A stretch of DNA of 64,000 nucleotides from Fimbriosthenelais zetlandica (taxonomy: Eukaryota). Numbering within the stretch: position 1 is the first letter of the stretch; each line of letters starts with the position of its first letter. The stretch spans positions 20,460,001 through 20,524,000 of the forward strand of contig OZ365116.1 of assembly GCA_977030845.1 (NCBI GenBank), written 5' to 3'. This document shows, in pieces, positions 42,101 through 59,249 of this stretch. The position numbers were made by a program, and so were the translations under genes. The notes beneath the pieces were generated by a model. That model made no database searches and had not been told where the DNA came from. It worked only from the letters and a program-made list of their open reading frames with translations.

Positions 42101-44767
42101 AGTTAATGTAGTAGATTGCTGGGTGACACTGTATTGGTACAGTCACTACAGACTTCCAAATTTTAACAAATTGTCTGTCCTTGTTCGGCTCCTATTCATG
42201 AAACGAAAAAATAGATCAATCGACTTTCTCTGCAGACTTAGCTGGTACTAACCCGAGACAAACTTCCATTTACAGACTCACAAACTTCTTGAGGTAACAT
42301 CCAATCTATGGGGCACCAAGTTCAAGCTCCATGGCCTTCCTTCCTTCCTGCCTGAGGACCTGGGTCAAGTACTGTACAAGACTTCCCTCCTCCACCTTCA
42401 GCCTCGCCAAATGACAGTGTCCCTGATGGAACTCACCCCTGACCTTCCCACTCAGGCTCGTGACCCCTCCTACAACCCCAACCAGTTCAGCGAAAGTGAT
42501 GATGATGTCAGTTCCCGTCCCAGACACAATTTTCACCAACGCCTATCAGCAGGCACCCTTGGATCATCGGATGAGGCCATACCCATTTCCCCAGAAGTCT
42601 ATGGTAACCAGCCAGCCAAGATATCGAGGGGCTCAACAGAAACTACGCTACCTGGTGCAGTAGATAATGGTGCGATAGAAGTTCCAGTTATCATAGAAAG
42701 GCATTCGGTCTTTCAGAATATCAAACCAGAAAGAAGTGTAAGTAACTGTAGCCCTTTTGAGATCCGGTCCTTGGATGGTTCTCCCCCACAGCGTCGCTCG
42801 CCAGGTTTGAAGTCTCGATCATTGTCACCAGCAGAACATCAAGTCACATACACCAGCAACACCCTGGTCGATGGTGGTCCCGATGGTGATATGTTTACTC
42901 GTGAAATGTATATTGAAAAGAACACTAAAATCTGCATGGGTACAATCTATAATATAAATACTGAAGCTGGTGTGTCCACGACCACGGCCCAGGTTGGGGT
43001 CGGAGATGTTGCTGTGCCTGCATCTCCTTGTACTGTGGTGCATTTAGCTGCTAAAAGACTTGAAGATGTGCTAGCTAAACAAAGACAAACAGGGCACAAC
43101 GAATCAAGCAACATTACCTTAACTCAAGAGCAATGTAGCCCTCAACTGCTCAAGAGTACCAGCAGTAGTGATAATGGTACATCTTTCTTAAGGCATAGTT
43201 CTAATAGTAGTGATGGTCAATCCCCTCCTGTAGAGACTACAGTAAGAGTTGACATGCATAGGGTGAGTATGAGTGAGTACACTCCACCTTCACAGACTGG
43301 TCCACCAGCCAGGTGGGCTGACAAAGCCTGCCAGGAGATCAAATACATAGATGATGACCCTGAGGATAGCACCGAGAGTAGGAAGGAGACCAAGGAAGCT
43401 GTATTTTGTACTGTAGACGGAATGACAGCCAGGGAAATCATGGCGAGCACCCAAATGCTGGCTGAGCTGGACCAGTCACCACGCCAATCTTACTATGGTC
43501 CTGACCTCCATAACCAGTCCAACATTGGTGGGAGTTTAGCCAATGCTGCTAACAGCATTGAACTCCATAAAAAGCGCCTTGTTCTTGCCCCACCGGTAGA
43601 AACCAAAGAGAAAGAGAAGAAATCTCTCAGGGCAAAACTTAACAAAGAATTCCAAAATGCCCGGAATTCCATCGAGCTGATCAGCCGGTGTGAACGTAAA
43701 TTGACGGGTGTCTTCACTGATGACAGCTTGAGCTCATCACGGAGTGAGTCACCCAGGACTTCATCACCCCCATCCCCTGTGTTAGACAGACACTTTTATG
43801 AAAACCGCAGGGGGTCTCTTGATATAAGGCGTCTTGCCCACAGCCAAGACTCGTCCGTGGAAGGTTCTGAACCTCCGGCCATTCAGAGTACGTCCCTACC
43901 CACCTCTCCCGTCCGACGTATTGTCATGCCACAACAAAAAAGGGCTAGGTCCAAGCAGGACATTTCCATGAACAAGTCCAAGATGTATTCACCTTTCCTC
44001 AAAAGGCGATTCAAGAACTACAAGGCTGTGGATAGCTCCGATGAGGAGATACTTCTCTCTGGAGATGATGTGACTACCTCAGAGAACTACAAGAACCTGG
44101 AGACTTTCCAAAAAGCTCAACTCAATAAGAAGGTAAGACAGATTAATTCTTATTAACATGAATGAATCAGATTTCATGGACATTCAACCAATCAGTGTAA
44201 CATGTTTCTTGATGTCAATGATTGCATTTCTCCAGCTGCGGAAGGTGCGCACGCACAAGCCTGAGGAGGGTCGTGATGGCAATCGCCGCAGTCCAAGCCT
44301 CCCCAGAAAACGACACTTTGTCATGCACAACAAAGCACCATTATGGAATGAGAACAGCCAGGTCTACCAGCTGGACTTTGGTGGCAGGGTCACACAGGAA
44401 AGTGCCAAGAACTTCCAGATAGAGTTCAGGGGAAAACAGGTAAGTGGCCATAATATATATTAGACTATAAGTTATATGTTAGATTATAAGTTCGTTTTGG
44501 TATACTAATATTACTATGCCAAACTGTGTACCGTACTTTTATTAGTATGTCCATTCCTGAAAAGTAAAGAACTCATTTTGGAGATAGAACGATACAATGA
44601 TGCATCCTCTAGTGTCTTGCAGTATAGTATCAATTCTGTTTGGGTGTTAGGTGATGCAATTTGGAAGAATCGATGGCAATGCCTACACCCTGGACTTCCA
44701 GTACCCTTTCAGTGCCATTCAAGCCTTCGCAGTAGCTCTTGCCAATGTGACACAGCGCCTGAAATAG
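33136..44767 (+). CDS. TULP4: Tubby-related protein 4 (TULP4/Tusp), 5'-partial; 11 coding exons, about 1182 aa visible
   Basis: Exons with GT-AG ends and consistent phases: 33136-33264 ([17 protein letters not shown]...), 33914-34078 ([35 protein letters not shown]), 35518-35680, 38066-38170, 40804-40946, 41148-41375 (SOCS box [10 protein letters not shown]...LPLP), 41527-41761 ([15 protein letters not shown]), 41877-42079, 42276-44132 ([10 protein letters not shown]...[12 protein letters not shown], then a low-complexity region), 44236-44439 ([32 protein letters not shown]), 44651-44767 ([38 protein letters not shown]). Total 3549 nt, in frame. These motifs match recalled human TULP4 and fly Tusp. 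The N-terminal exon (GWLATGN/NLRGH motifs) was not found. Confidence 0.97.
37613..37652 (+). repeat. 40-bp dispersed repeat, copy 1 (TULP4 intron)
   Basis: GGCAAAAATTAAAGTAGTATTGTACTAGAATCGGTTATGT, 38/40 identical to 40498-40537. Confidence 0.85.
40498..40537 (+). repeat. 40-bp dispersed repeat, copy 2 (next TULP4 intron)
   Basis: GGCAAAAATTAAAGTAGTGTTGTACTGGAATCGGTTATGT, differing from copy 1 by two A/G transitions. Confidence 0.85.
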
Positions 44768-47700
44768 GCATTTTACCTTTCCTACCTGTCCTACTCCAGT
44801 CCAGAAGGGGCTTCTGTGAGCCATGACGTAGTGTCGCTGACTTGTACGATCCAGGTTGCTGGGTTTTCCTCTTGTGGGTCAATCGAGAGTGACATTTTAG
44901 ACAGGGAATACCACCACCATTACCACAGTGAGCATGATAACTAATAGAGAGAAAAATGTACATCTATGTGGCTTAGTGTAACTTAATGTCACTTAAATAC
45001 ATGTAATCATGAACAGCATTATGGACACTTATATACACGTACACACATATTACTGCATTTAAGATGAAAGAAACTGTTCAGTCACATCCTCATGCTATTC
45101 TCTATTTCTCTTCCTAATGCTTGGTATGATAAGATCACTGTCAAACATACTGATGAACCTGCTGTTCTATTGCCTGTTGCAAATGATACTCTCGTCCAAG
45201 ATGAAATTCTTCTGATATTTTATCAGAATCCTCTGAGACATGACACACATGCCTTCCAAAATAATTAAATATCTATGTCAACATCACCACTTTCCCCATA
45301 CCAGGGCTATGTGAGTAGTATTGTGTAAAAGAAAGTATATCATATGACAGAGGTTATACTCACTTCAATTCAAGTCAATTCTTGTCTGAAAATTGTTAAA
45401 CAAATACAAGTACACAGTGTATATATACTGGTTGCAGTTAAGTGGTTACTTAAATCCAGAGATGGTATGCGCTCAAATGTTGTGAGAAATTCCAGTGTGG
45501 ATTGAATCCTTCGAAATGTCATGTACAAAGTATCTCTTGAAATATGAAATTACAAAATAAGATTATTGAGATCAAATTGTATTTAAAATCTGGAGATTGA
45601 TTCTCCTTCTTAAAATTGTATCTGACCTCTTAAGATGAATATTGTTGATAAGAAAAGTGAATTAACCTCAAAATAATGTTAAAAATTGTATTTAAAAAAA
45701 TTGAAAAGGTAATCCCCCTAAATGTCTCTTGTCCCAACTGCTGTCAACAAACATTATCCATCCATATATGTATCATATATGTCCCAAGCAGGTATGGGTA
45801 TTATTCATACAATGAATGTACTGATTATTTATATGAAATACAATAGTTTACACGTGTATCATCAATACTGATGGCAAGCTTCTCTTAGAATTGTTGGTCA
45901 TTTGTGACAAAGGAATTTATTGTCTAAGCCTGTCGGTAATTAATTGTATAACATGATACACTCAGGTATAACTGTAGTCTATTAGTATTTCCCGATTTAT
46001 AAGTGTTGCTATTTGCTTCGTTTAAATTTACATACGGCATGAGTTGACCGGGATAAGATATGAATGCAAAATGCTATCATAGAAAATGGGTTTTACAGGA
46101 TATATAGCATTATGTTAGGAGGAAAGGGCACCAAGTCATATTAGCATATATATCATTATACCCATGATTAAATATCACAAGGTTTCTTGCCTGTATTCCA
46201 TTGTCAGTTTGATTAGGAATTGTGGTACAGTTATGGAATAATTTATCTGTGATAATTATCATTTTGCTATTGATAAAAATTCATACAGCACTTATATTTT
46301 AGGAACAGTTAGGACAGCTCTCATTTTTGATGATAAATGCACTTTAATTGTCCATTTTGTAGACATAAAAAAATCAGTCAACGTTTTCAGGGAAAATAAA
46401 AACGATATGGGAAAAAAAAGCTCAATGAAGACAGTCCACCATATTATAGTATATGGTTTTTAGTGCAATGATGATATTTTAAAAATTTAATTGGATCTCT
46501 TCTGAAAGGAAATCCTTTGCAAGATTGCCATGAAAATTATTATAGTAAATTAAGTCGGTTATTTGTATTATCAGTTTGTATGTTACAGGCTGTGATATTT
46601 TAATTAAGCTCATTATTATGGATTTTCAATAATTCAAGGTCTGAGTATATGTTATGTGTTTTATGGGCCTCTGTTTGATGGCATGTCATTGCCACTGTCA
46701 ATAGTTTGTTGTTGTCATACTACGACCGGAAATGACGTGTGAATCCTTACTTCCGGTTTACACAATCCCTTTATTCATGACCATTGTAAACAGACTATTT
46801 ATGGAACATAATCAAAAGTATAATCCCGTTTAGTTCACTGAATAAGATAAAATATTATTTATGCCAGATCTATACAGGGCGTATATGGCAAGTTGAGAAT
46901 GACCTTTAGTATGCCATGAGTATAATCTTCTCGAAAATATTGATCTTAGGTGAAAAATGATCATCTGCAGATCTGTTGAGTCTATAATACCCAGGTTAAC
47001 TGAACATTGTAAAATGTTTTGCTGTTGTAACGACATGTGTCCCATTCCTATAATCATATTGCCATAGAACTGTACAGTTCTATGATATTACATCATAATA
47101 ACTTTTTTATGTAAAAAGTTTGGTAGAACTAGGTACAGATTATCGTTCAGGTTATCTGCATTTATGCATCATTAAGTTTTGGGTATCTGGATAAACATGT
47201 AAACTCTTGGTATTGAGTTATCAAAAGGTGCTTATCTTATTATGTTTATCATGTATTAATATTTTGCTATGGTGAAGCCACCAAATGCATGATCCCACCA
47301 TGTGTTTTTATTCATGCTAAGCTTAGTATATAATCTTTACCATATAATATTACATTAGAATTGTATCTCGTTCTAAGGAGTCATTAACAAAAAGAAGTGA
47401 GATTTCAGACTTCGGTACTCCACTGTTTAAAACTTTTTGTTTGCTGTTGAGAAATAATACCAACCACTGAATGGGCTGAAGTATAGAAAGACATCATAAA
47501 GGTAGTACTATTAACGTCCTGGTTTCTGAATGGCGATCTCATGAAGTTCATACATCTTATATCAGTTGGAATCCTGTTGAATCCGTGACCTAAAGGCTCA
47601 AGGCTACTTCCATGACAGAAAAAAATAACAATCGTTTTCCAAATTAACAAGTTTATAATTTGCTTTTATTTCTAATTTGCAGGTATGGGATTTGGTGCTA

Positions 47701-48095
47701 TGATTTAATCATTGAAACTTAATAGTCCACCATCTTCTTACACACTCATACACTCATTATATAGAGCATTGTTATACCTGGAATCTGATGTAAATTTAAT
47801 AATGAACATTCTGAGATCGATACTGCAGATTCAGAGACATCTGATCCAGTGTTCTTAGATCTGTACTTAACTGATTCTCTCAGGTTTCTATTGTTACAAA
47901 AGAGAATTTAACAATGTAGACTGAACACAAAATAGAACCTATCAGTGGTATCAGTAGGAATATCAGCAATTATTTGTTAACATAACGAGTCAAATTGAAC
48001 ATGCATTTATGAGACTTAAAAATATGTTAACCTATAGAAACACCTCATGTATTTCTTGGTTCAAAATAAATATTACTTCTTTGAAATGACATAAT
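44768..48095 (+). other. Probable long AT-rich TULP4 3' UTR with candidate polyA signals AATAAA at 46395-46400 and 48065-48070
   Basis: AT-rich non-coding stretch after the TAG at 44765-44767. The two hexamers are seen directly. The actual 3' end is unknown. Confidence 0.45.
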
Positions 48096-48138
48096 GAAAT
48101 AGTTTAAATGTCGTTTTAATGAACATATACCTTGACAC

Positions 48139-48144
48139 TTTATT
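48139..48144 (-). terminator. Candidate ORC3 polyadenylation signal AATAAA
   Basis: Plus-strand TTTATT about 250 nt beyond the ORC3 stop codon. Confidence 0.55.
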
Positions 48145-48395
48145 TTGTATCAGAAGATTTTTCAGATATGATGATTGGAATTCGCCATTGAAGAAGAGAA
48201 AATGAAATTGCATGGTACTTATACTAAATGAGGGACCTGATAAATATGCATTATCTTAAACTGGGCAGATGTCCAGCTGTGTTCATACGGCCTTCCATAC
48301 AAAAGCAGGCATGATTTCTGGTCAATCTGAGGTGCATGTCAGATTGAGTAGAGCTGGTTAATGTAAGTTGATCAGGAATACTATGTAGCAGTGAT

Positions 48396-51300
48396 CTAGC
48401 AGCCGCCCCATGTGAGACGTGCCACGTGGTCCGTCTTCCTCTTGGTCGGTTTGACAAATCCCAGAAACTGAAGCTCCGACACAGCGCGGATAAAACGAGC
48501 TCTGGACTTAGTCAAGGAATGCTCATAAATGTAGAGGGAGTTAAAAAGACCAATAATCACTCTCCATTAGAGACTGATGAAAATATCAGATCAGAAATAA
48601 TATCTATAATCATTTCTGGATGTCCCGACATAGTTGTATGGTTGGCTGCCACTATACAGTAACTATATATAAAAGGAGACTTTTAAAATTAAATTAATTT
48701 GTTTAATTAAAGGATACTGCATGGTTTTGTCAGGTTTGGTCCTCCCCTCAGCTGAATCTCTTGACTGCATTATGGTGACGTATGCCTAATAGAGGGGAGA
48801 GATATCAATGATACACAAGAGACAAAGTATAGATATCCAGAAATATGTAAACCGGTTAACCACATTAAGTTTTAGGCCAATTGGAAAAATACTATACCTG
48901 TAGCCAGTCGTATAGGTTGATAAGACGACCACACTCCAGATGAAGTTTATATGCTATACAGATGTCTGGCAGGGTGGGTGGAATGTCTGATTCACAGCGA
49001 CAAGCCTCGGCCTGGAACAAAAGGTAGTTTTGAATATGAAAGTAACTGCTATCAAGTAGGTGGTACTCATGTAGTGAGTGATGAGAGATTGGTATACGGT
49101 ACCTGTAGGTAGGTGTAGGGTTTTGACAGGGCATTCTGAATGGTCATCCTGGGTGACCCACTGATGGTTCTACGGATCGTCCCCACATCATCATAGTAGT
49201 ACACTTCATACAGGGGAAGTGTTGTGGGGCTCGCCATGTACTTCCTACAAAACATAGAAAATGATAAAGGAACATGTTTACAGAATTACTAAGGAGTCTC
49301 TTCAAAAACAATATGGTAAGCAATCCTACCTGAAAACTTCCTTATCTAAAAATTCAATGCAATCATTCCTCGCAATCTCATAGGCTGTCAATCTTTTGGT
49401 TTTGTCCATCTCTTGCAATTTCTACAATGAATAAATGAATAAATTAATTAAATACAAGTACAGGAAGAAGAGGACCAAATTTGAGTGTGAAGTTGCCGTT
49501 CAATGTACCTGTTTTAATGTGAACATGTCCATCTTTTTAGGCAGAAGTTTCTTTGGTTCCTCCTCCGGCTTCTGTTCTTCCACCATTTCTGTCGAGATAA
49601 ATGGTTTTCAGATTTAAAAACGAAATAACCAGAGGAGGTAAGATATTACTTCTACAACATTCATACATCATGGAAAACATGGTCAAAATTTCTAATATTG
49701 TAAGAATATGTTGTCATATCCACAATGAAAAAAAACCTACGGTCTATATCAGCCATTTTGAGGAGATGTTCGAGTATATTGGTTCTGACTTCTACCAGTT
49801 CAGGAGGGATATCATTGTTATCTAGAAGTGAGGATAGCTCGTTAAGACGGGCCATGAGTTCATCTCGTGAAAGGGTCCTGAAAAGAAAAAATTAGTCAAA
49901 AAATATTACTTAAATACCATTTTATAAGATCTACAAATGTTATTCATTTGGCAGAACTTTATAGTTTAAAAATAACATTGTGAAAAGTGGATAAAGCTTA
50001 CTTGAGGAGCCCAATAGACTGAATGTACTCTGAAAGGTCACCCAAGTTACTACGGAGGTTACAGGCATATACTTCTCGAAGCTGAAAGACATTTGTATAC
50101 ATGAACATCTAAGATGGACATTTAATGTATTAAGATTATCTTTAAATGAATACCCCTAAGATAGTACCATTTATGTGTAACAGTTACCTAATTTTGTTGG
50201 AATATGCAATAATAATTAGGACTACTTGTGACACTGACCTGTCTACCTAGCGGGTATTTGGGTAGGGTAGATGTGAGACAGTGGAGACATCTGAGGATAG
50301 GGAAGTAGCAGGAGTGGTAGGCTTGTAAATCCTCTAGCATGGACAGTATACTTTGTTTAGTGTGTTTATCATTCTCTAGTAGATCTATTTGTTCCTGGGC
50401 CTCACATCTCTCCACATGCTGCCTGGAAAATGTAAAGTAAAAAATAACTCACTATATATTTAATAAATAAATTATTTAAACATGAGCCACTAATGTTTGA
50501 AAATTTACCTGAATGATTTCTGAGATCTGAGTTGATCGAGCTGCTCTCGATTCATAGTGCGGAGATGAGGTAGAGCTTCAGTGGGGTCCTGACAGAGGGC
50601 GCTCCAGGGCCGTGAGTAGAAGTGGTCAATGAGTGACAACTGGAGGCCTCGTACAAAATTAACAACTGAGAAATCATGGTAGAGAAAAATGTCCAAGAGC
50701 AGGCTGAACACTTTAGGTCCAAGCTTGAATGGGATACTGTTGCTCATGATGACTTGATCAAGAACCTGCGAATAAAATAGAAATTGTAATAACAGATTCT
50801 GAGATGAGAAAGTTTGCCGCATGAAAAGGGTTAATATAATATTAAATTTACAATGAGTTTTACCTGTGAGAGATGGTCAGTTGCTGGAGGAGCCTGGAAG
50901 CGTTCTATACTGAGGTGGGAGGATACAGCATGTGGGAGGAGTCTGTGGATAGCTGTAACTGTGGTGGCCACACCCATTACAAGTACCAGAGGTACATCCT
51001 CTAAATGGTTACTGTGTGATAAAACATGTGGATTCCACATCCTAATTATCATAGCTCCGGTTTTACATAACAGACATATGCATGACTTAAATTTCAATTA
51101 CAATTTTCTTGTATTAAAGGAGAAATAATCGTAGTGGCTGAATAGAAAGCAGATCCTTCACCTACCTACAAATAGTGACAAAGTCTTGTAGTACTTGTGG
51201 AGGAAATCCCTCCAGATCTTCTAACACAATGACAACAGGTGGGTATTTGATTACTGCTGATCCATCCAGACTCTTCCTTCTTTTACCATCACTTGTTTTC

Positions 51301-52719
51301 TGAATCAAAGAAAAATATAATTATACAACGATTCATAAAGAAACCGTTTAGTAAAACCTTCAAATAATTTCCAAACGATTATGGGAATACATGTAGAAGA
51401 AATAAACTACATGTACCTTTGAGACGTACGAGTACCATGAAGAGAGGACATCCATATTTCCATTTACTTTCTTGCCAGAAGAGGCCTCTTCTTCCTCTTC
51501 ATCCAGGAGCTAGACATGGAATCAAATACTTTAACAATTCAATTTAAAAAAAATGCAATAATGACGCTTTATTCTCCCAAGACGTTACTGGTCTCTGGGT
51601 CCTCATATATGTTTATTTGTTCCCCCTAGGACACATGGGTTCCCTCACCAAGGACTGATAATGACACTAAAACTACTCACCACGTCAGTATTGTCCATGA
51701 TTTGACTGACAACCTTCGCCATCATTTTGTGAACGTTAGGACAGTCATTAGAGTGAATACTAGCAACATGAGGAGAAATACGCTCCGTGACTGAAGATGT
51801 TAACGTGGCAAAGAGTGCGCCGTGATCTGGCATGTTCACTCCTGAAATATACAAACTTACAAATTAATATTTATAACAGAAATTGTTTAGGTAAAATGCA
51901 ATTGTGAGATTAGAAAATGTCAGGTTAAAATGTTGTAGAAGTTAGGAATGCTAACCTGTGACTAGAGCAGCAGTGGGTACCTCTCTGATGATCTGGGAAC
52001 CTTGAGTCCTACCTTGGCCGGGTATAAACCCTACCTGTGCTCCCTGAATGAAGGCCAGGAGATCCTCAAATAAACGAGCATTGAGCTCGGATTGTAGAAC
52101 CTGTAACATTTATTATTTCTTTTTAGATTTAGAACACCTATATATATTGACCGATACCCCTTACACAGCGTATATTATAAGTTCACCTTGTCCTTTAAAA
52201 CTATGTATACGTGCCTACCCATTAAAATCAGTTGTTTAATCATTTATCCCTTATTTTTATTAGTAATTTTTTGTGTAATACATGCCTGCATGTATGTATT
52301 GGTTTTCTCCAGTAGATCTTCACAAACCACCAAACGCTCATTTTCTCCATTTGATTCATTCCGGGTAAAATAGTCTTCTGTAAAGATTATAAATTACATT
52401 AGTTAAATCCGACTCTTTCAAAGACTTTCCGGTCAATTCCATAGTTAGCGCATTCATGTCTAGTCTACATATAATTTATAAATTTATAGGCCTACAAACC
52501 TGAATTTGCTACTTTCTTCTTCCCCTTAAAAACGAAGACACCCTGAAATAAATTTGTATATTATTGAATATTCACACGTCTTTGTTTACTTCCCGCGAAT
52601 ATCAGGCATGCATAATATAGCATTGTGATACCTGAATTCAATGTGCGGGAAAAGGATGTTCATCTAGGACTTAGTAAACAATGAAGATCTACCTTAGAAA
52701 GTCCACCTGTAGTCGCCAT
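48396..52719 (-). CDS. ORC3: Origin recognition complex subunit 3; 18 exons, 700 aa
   Basis: Exons in transcript order: 52693-52719 (MATTGGLSK), 52500-52542 (GVFVFK), 52286-52377, 51956-52100 ([10 protein letters not shown]), 51681-51841, 51417-51509, 51166-51299 ([13 protein letters not shown]), 50864-51011 ([11 protein letters not shown]), 50509-50765 (IFLYHDFSV), 50239-50422 (LPKYPLGRQ), 50002-50081, 49741-49877, 49509-49588, 49330-49421, 49103-49244, 48898-49011 ([19 protein letters not shown]), 48718-48785, 48396-48501 ([34 protein letters not shown]). Total 2103 nt, no internal stop. The termini match recalled human ORC3 (MATSSMSKGCFVFK ... [11 protein letters not shown]). Confidence 0.97.
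48502..48717 (-). other. U12-type (minor spliceosome) GT-AG intron, last intron of ORC3
   Basis: 5' splice site CA|GTATCCTTT (plus 48709-48717). Branch site TTCCTTGAC (plus 48511-48519) with the branch A about 11 nt from the AG. No polypyrimidine tract. Matches the established U12 consensus. Confidence 0.92.
52101..52285 (-). other. Probable GC-AG intron (ORC3 intron 3)
   Basis: The exon ends ATG CAG|GCATGT. The nearest downstream GT is out of phase and leads to a stop. The GC donor keeps frame with the ttacag|GTT CTA CAA acceptor. Confidence 0.75.
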
Positions 52720-52909
52720 GATATGGTCCCTTCCTTCATGTAATAGCTCGATTATATTTCCACGGGTAGAATCCCTGTAAAATGTTTGAGCTCTGCTACG
52801 ATCGGAGAGACTCTTAGACTCAGGGCATGCAACGGAGCCAGATGCGGCTACAACTTTCGCCTTTTTTACCGGAAGTTTATGACTGCCACTTCCAGTGGCG
52901 CCCGCGCCA
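52590..52909 (-). promoter_or_regulatory. E2F and ETS motifs around the ORC3 start
   Basis: TTCCCGCGAA 52590-52599 and GCGGGAAA 52645-52652 (E2F TTTSSCGC type, both in intron 1); ACCGGAAGT 52868-52876 (ETS/GABP); TGGCGCCCGCGCCA 52896-52909 (E2F-like). E2F control of replication-licensing genes is established. Confidence 0.6.
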
Positions 52910-53344
52910 CATATACGGCGTAAATGGGAACTAATGCCCAATGCTAAGTCAATGGGTCGCCGATCGGAATATTCGGGGTTAAAAGTGCTAAATTCAACAG
53001 CAAATTCTCCTGTCTCTGCCTCCCACCCGTCTAGCTGTCCCTTCCCACCATATTCCCCCTCTGCTTCTTTGGAAGACGCGGCTATTTTTGTAAAGCCGAA
53101 ACTCAACGAAATAAATCGTTCTCAGCCTCAAGTAGGCTATGACTGTAATAATGGCATTACTCCCTTGGTTCCCTTATTTTTCCGTTTGAATTGGTCCCCT
53201 ATGCGAAAATACGAATTAGTTCTAGAGATATTGAACAATTTCTAACACATCTGGTATTTTCTCTCTTGATGATTCCTCATTTCCCCGCTGATAAGCGCTA
53301 GCTGCGAGTGATGTATCTCTAATAGGCTCGGCCAGGGAGTGTTA

Positions 53345-53592
53345 AGCGCGTTCTACACTAGACCAATCTGGGATGCGATTTTATGATTTAACAGTCTCAT
53401 CAGATAAAATTGAAGTAAGATTAAAAATCGGCATAGGGCTTAATGTGTACGGCCTATGAAGATGAGATCATGAACGGGATGATTGTCTCATAGGCCTATG
53501 CATGTCAGATCTGATATGATTTGGGGGAGACCTTGCAGATTTTATAGGCCTAGGCCTAGCCTAATCTGACCTAGTCTAGTGTAGAACGCGCT
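53345..53592. mobile_element. Non-autonomous PIF/Harbinger-like MITE (248 bp)
   Basis: Perfect 19-bp terminal inverted repeats AGCGCGTTCTACACTAGAC (53345-53363) and GTCTAGTGTAGAACGCGCT (53574-53592), flanked by TTA on both sides (53342-53344, 53593-53595). A 3-bp TWA target duplication is characteristic of PIF/Harbinger. No coding capacity. Confidence 0.8.
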
Positions 53593-53975
53593 TTAGTCAT
53601 ATCGGTAGGCCTACGATATTTGTATTGTCACCTGAATCTATAATAGGCCTATTTGTACAGGCTTGCACCTTGTAGCCATAATTATTAGCATTAGTTATTC
53701 GGTAGGCTATTTATATCTGTACGCGGCGAGGTAGCCCTCAAGCGGACGGGAGTGGTACTACACTCTAGGAATCAAGATGTTCTAAGATTTCCTACTAGGG
53801 GCGCCCCCAAGGTGAAGGTCATTGAGCCGCGATGTGATTGGGTCTCAGTTAACATTGAGTCTGCATCTAAAGGTTAGAGGCATTCCTCTTCATTTTTCTT
53901 TGCTTTATGTTTAGTTATCCTCGTTAACGCATGCCCAGCTTTATCTAATCATTGTGAGACCTATCTGAGAGAAGG

Positions 53976-59184
<5,209 letters not shown>

Positions 59185-59249
59185 ATGCACCACTCAAATA
59201 TAAACTGATCACTGGGAAAATTCTACGAATTCATGTGGATATACTTCTA

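Noticed and set aside
42411-44156. 581-aa ORF as a stand-alone novel gene
   Set aside because: It is the interior of the large TULP4 exon (42276-44132), in frame with [10 protein letters not shown] upstream and spliced to the Tubby-domain exons.
41147-44651. AG|GT junctions at TULP4 acceptors as recursive splice sites
   Set aside because: Explained by exons starting with Val or Gly codons; no strong AG|GTRAG ratchet point was found in the long intron either.
52660-53106. 148-aa minus ORF suggesting an N-terminal extension of ORC3
   Set aside because: It starts at TTG with no in-frame ATG before 52719 and runs through promoter motifs. Homology begins at MATTGGLSK, which has a good Kozak context.
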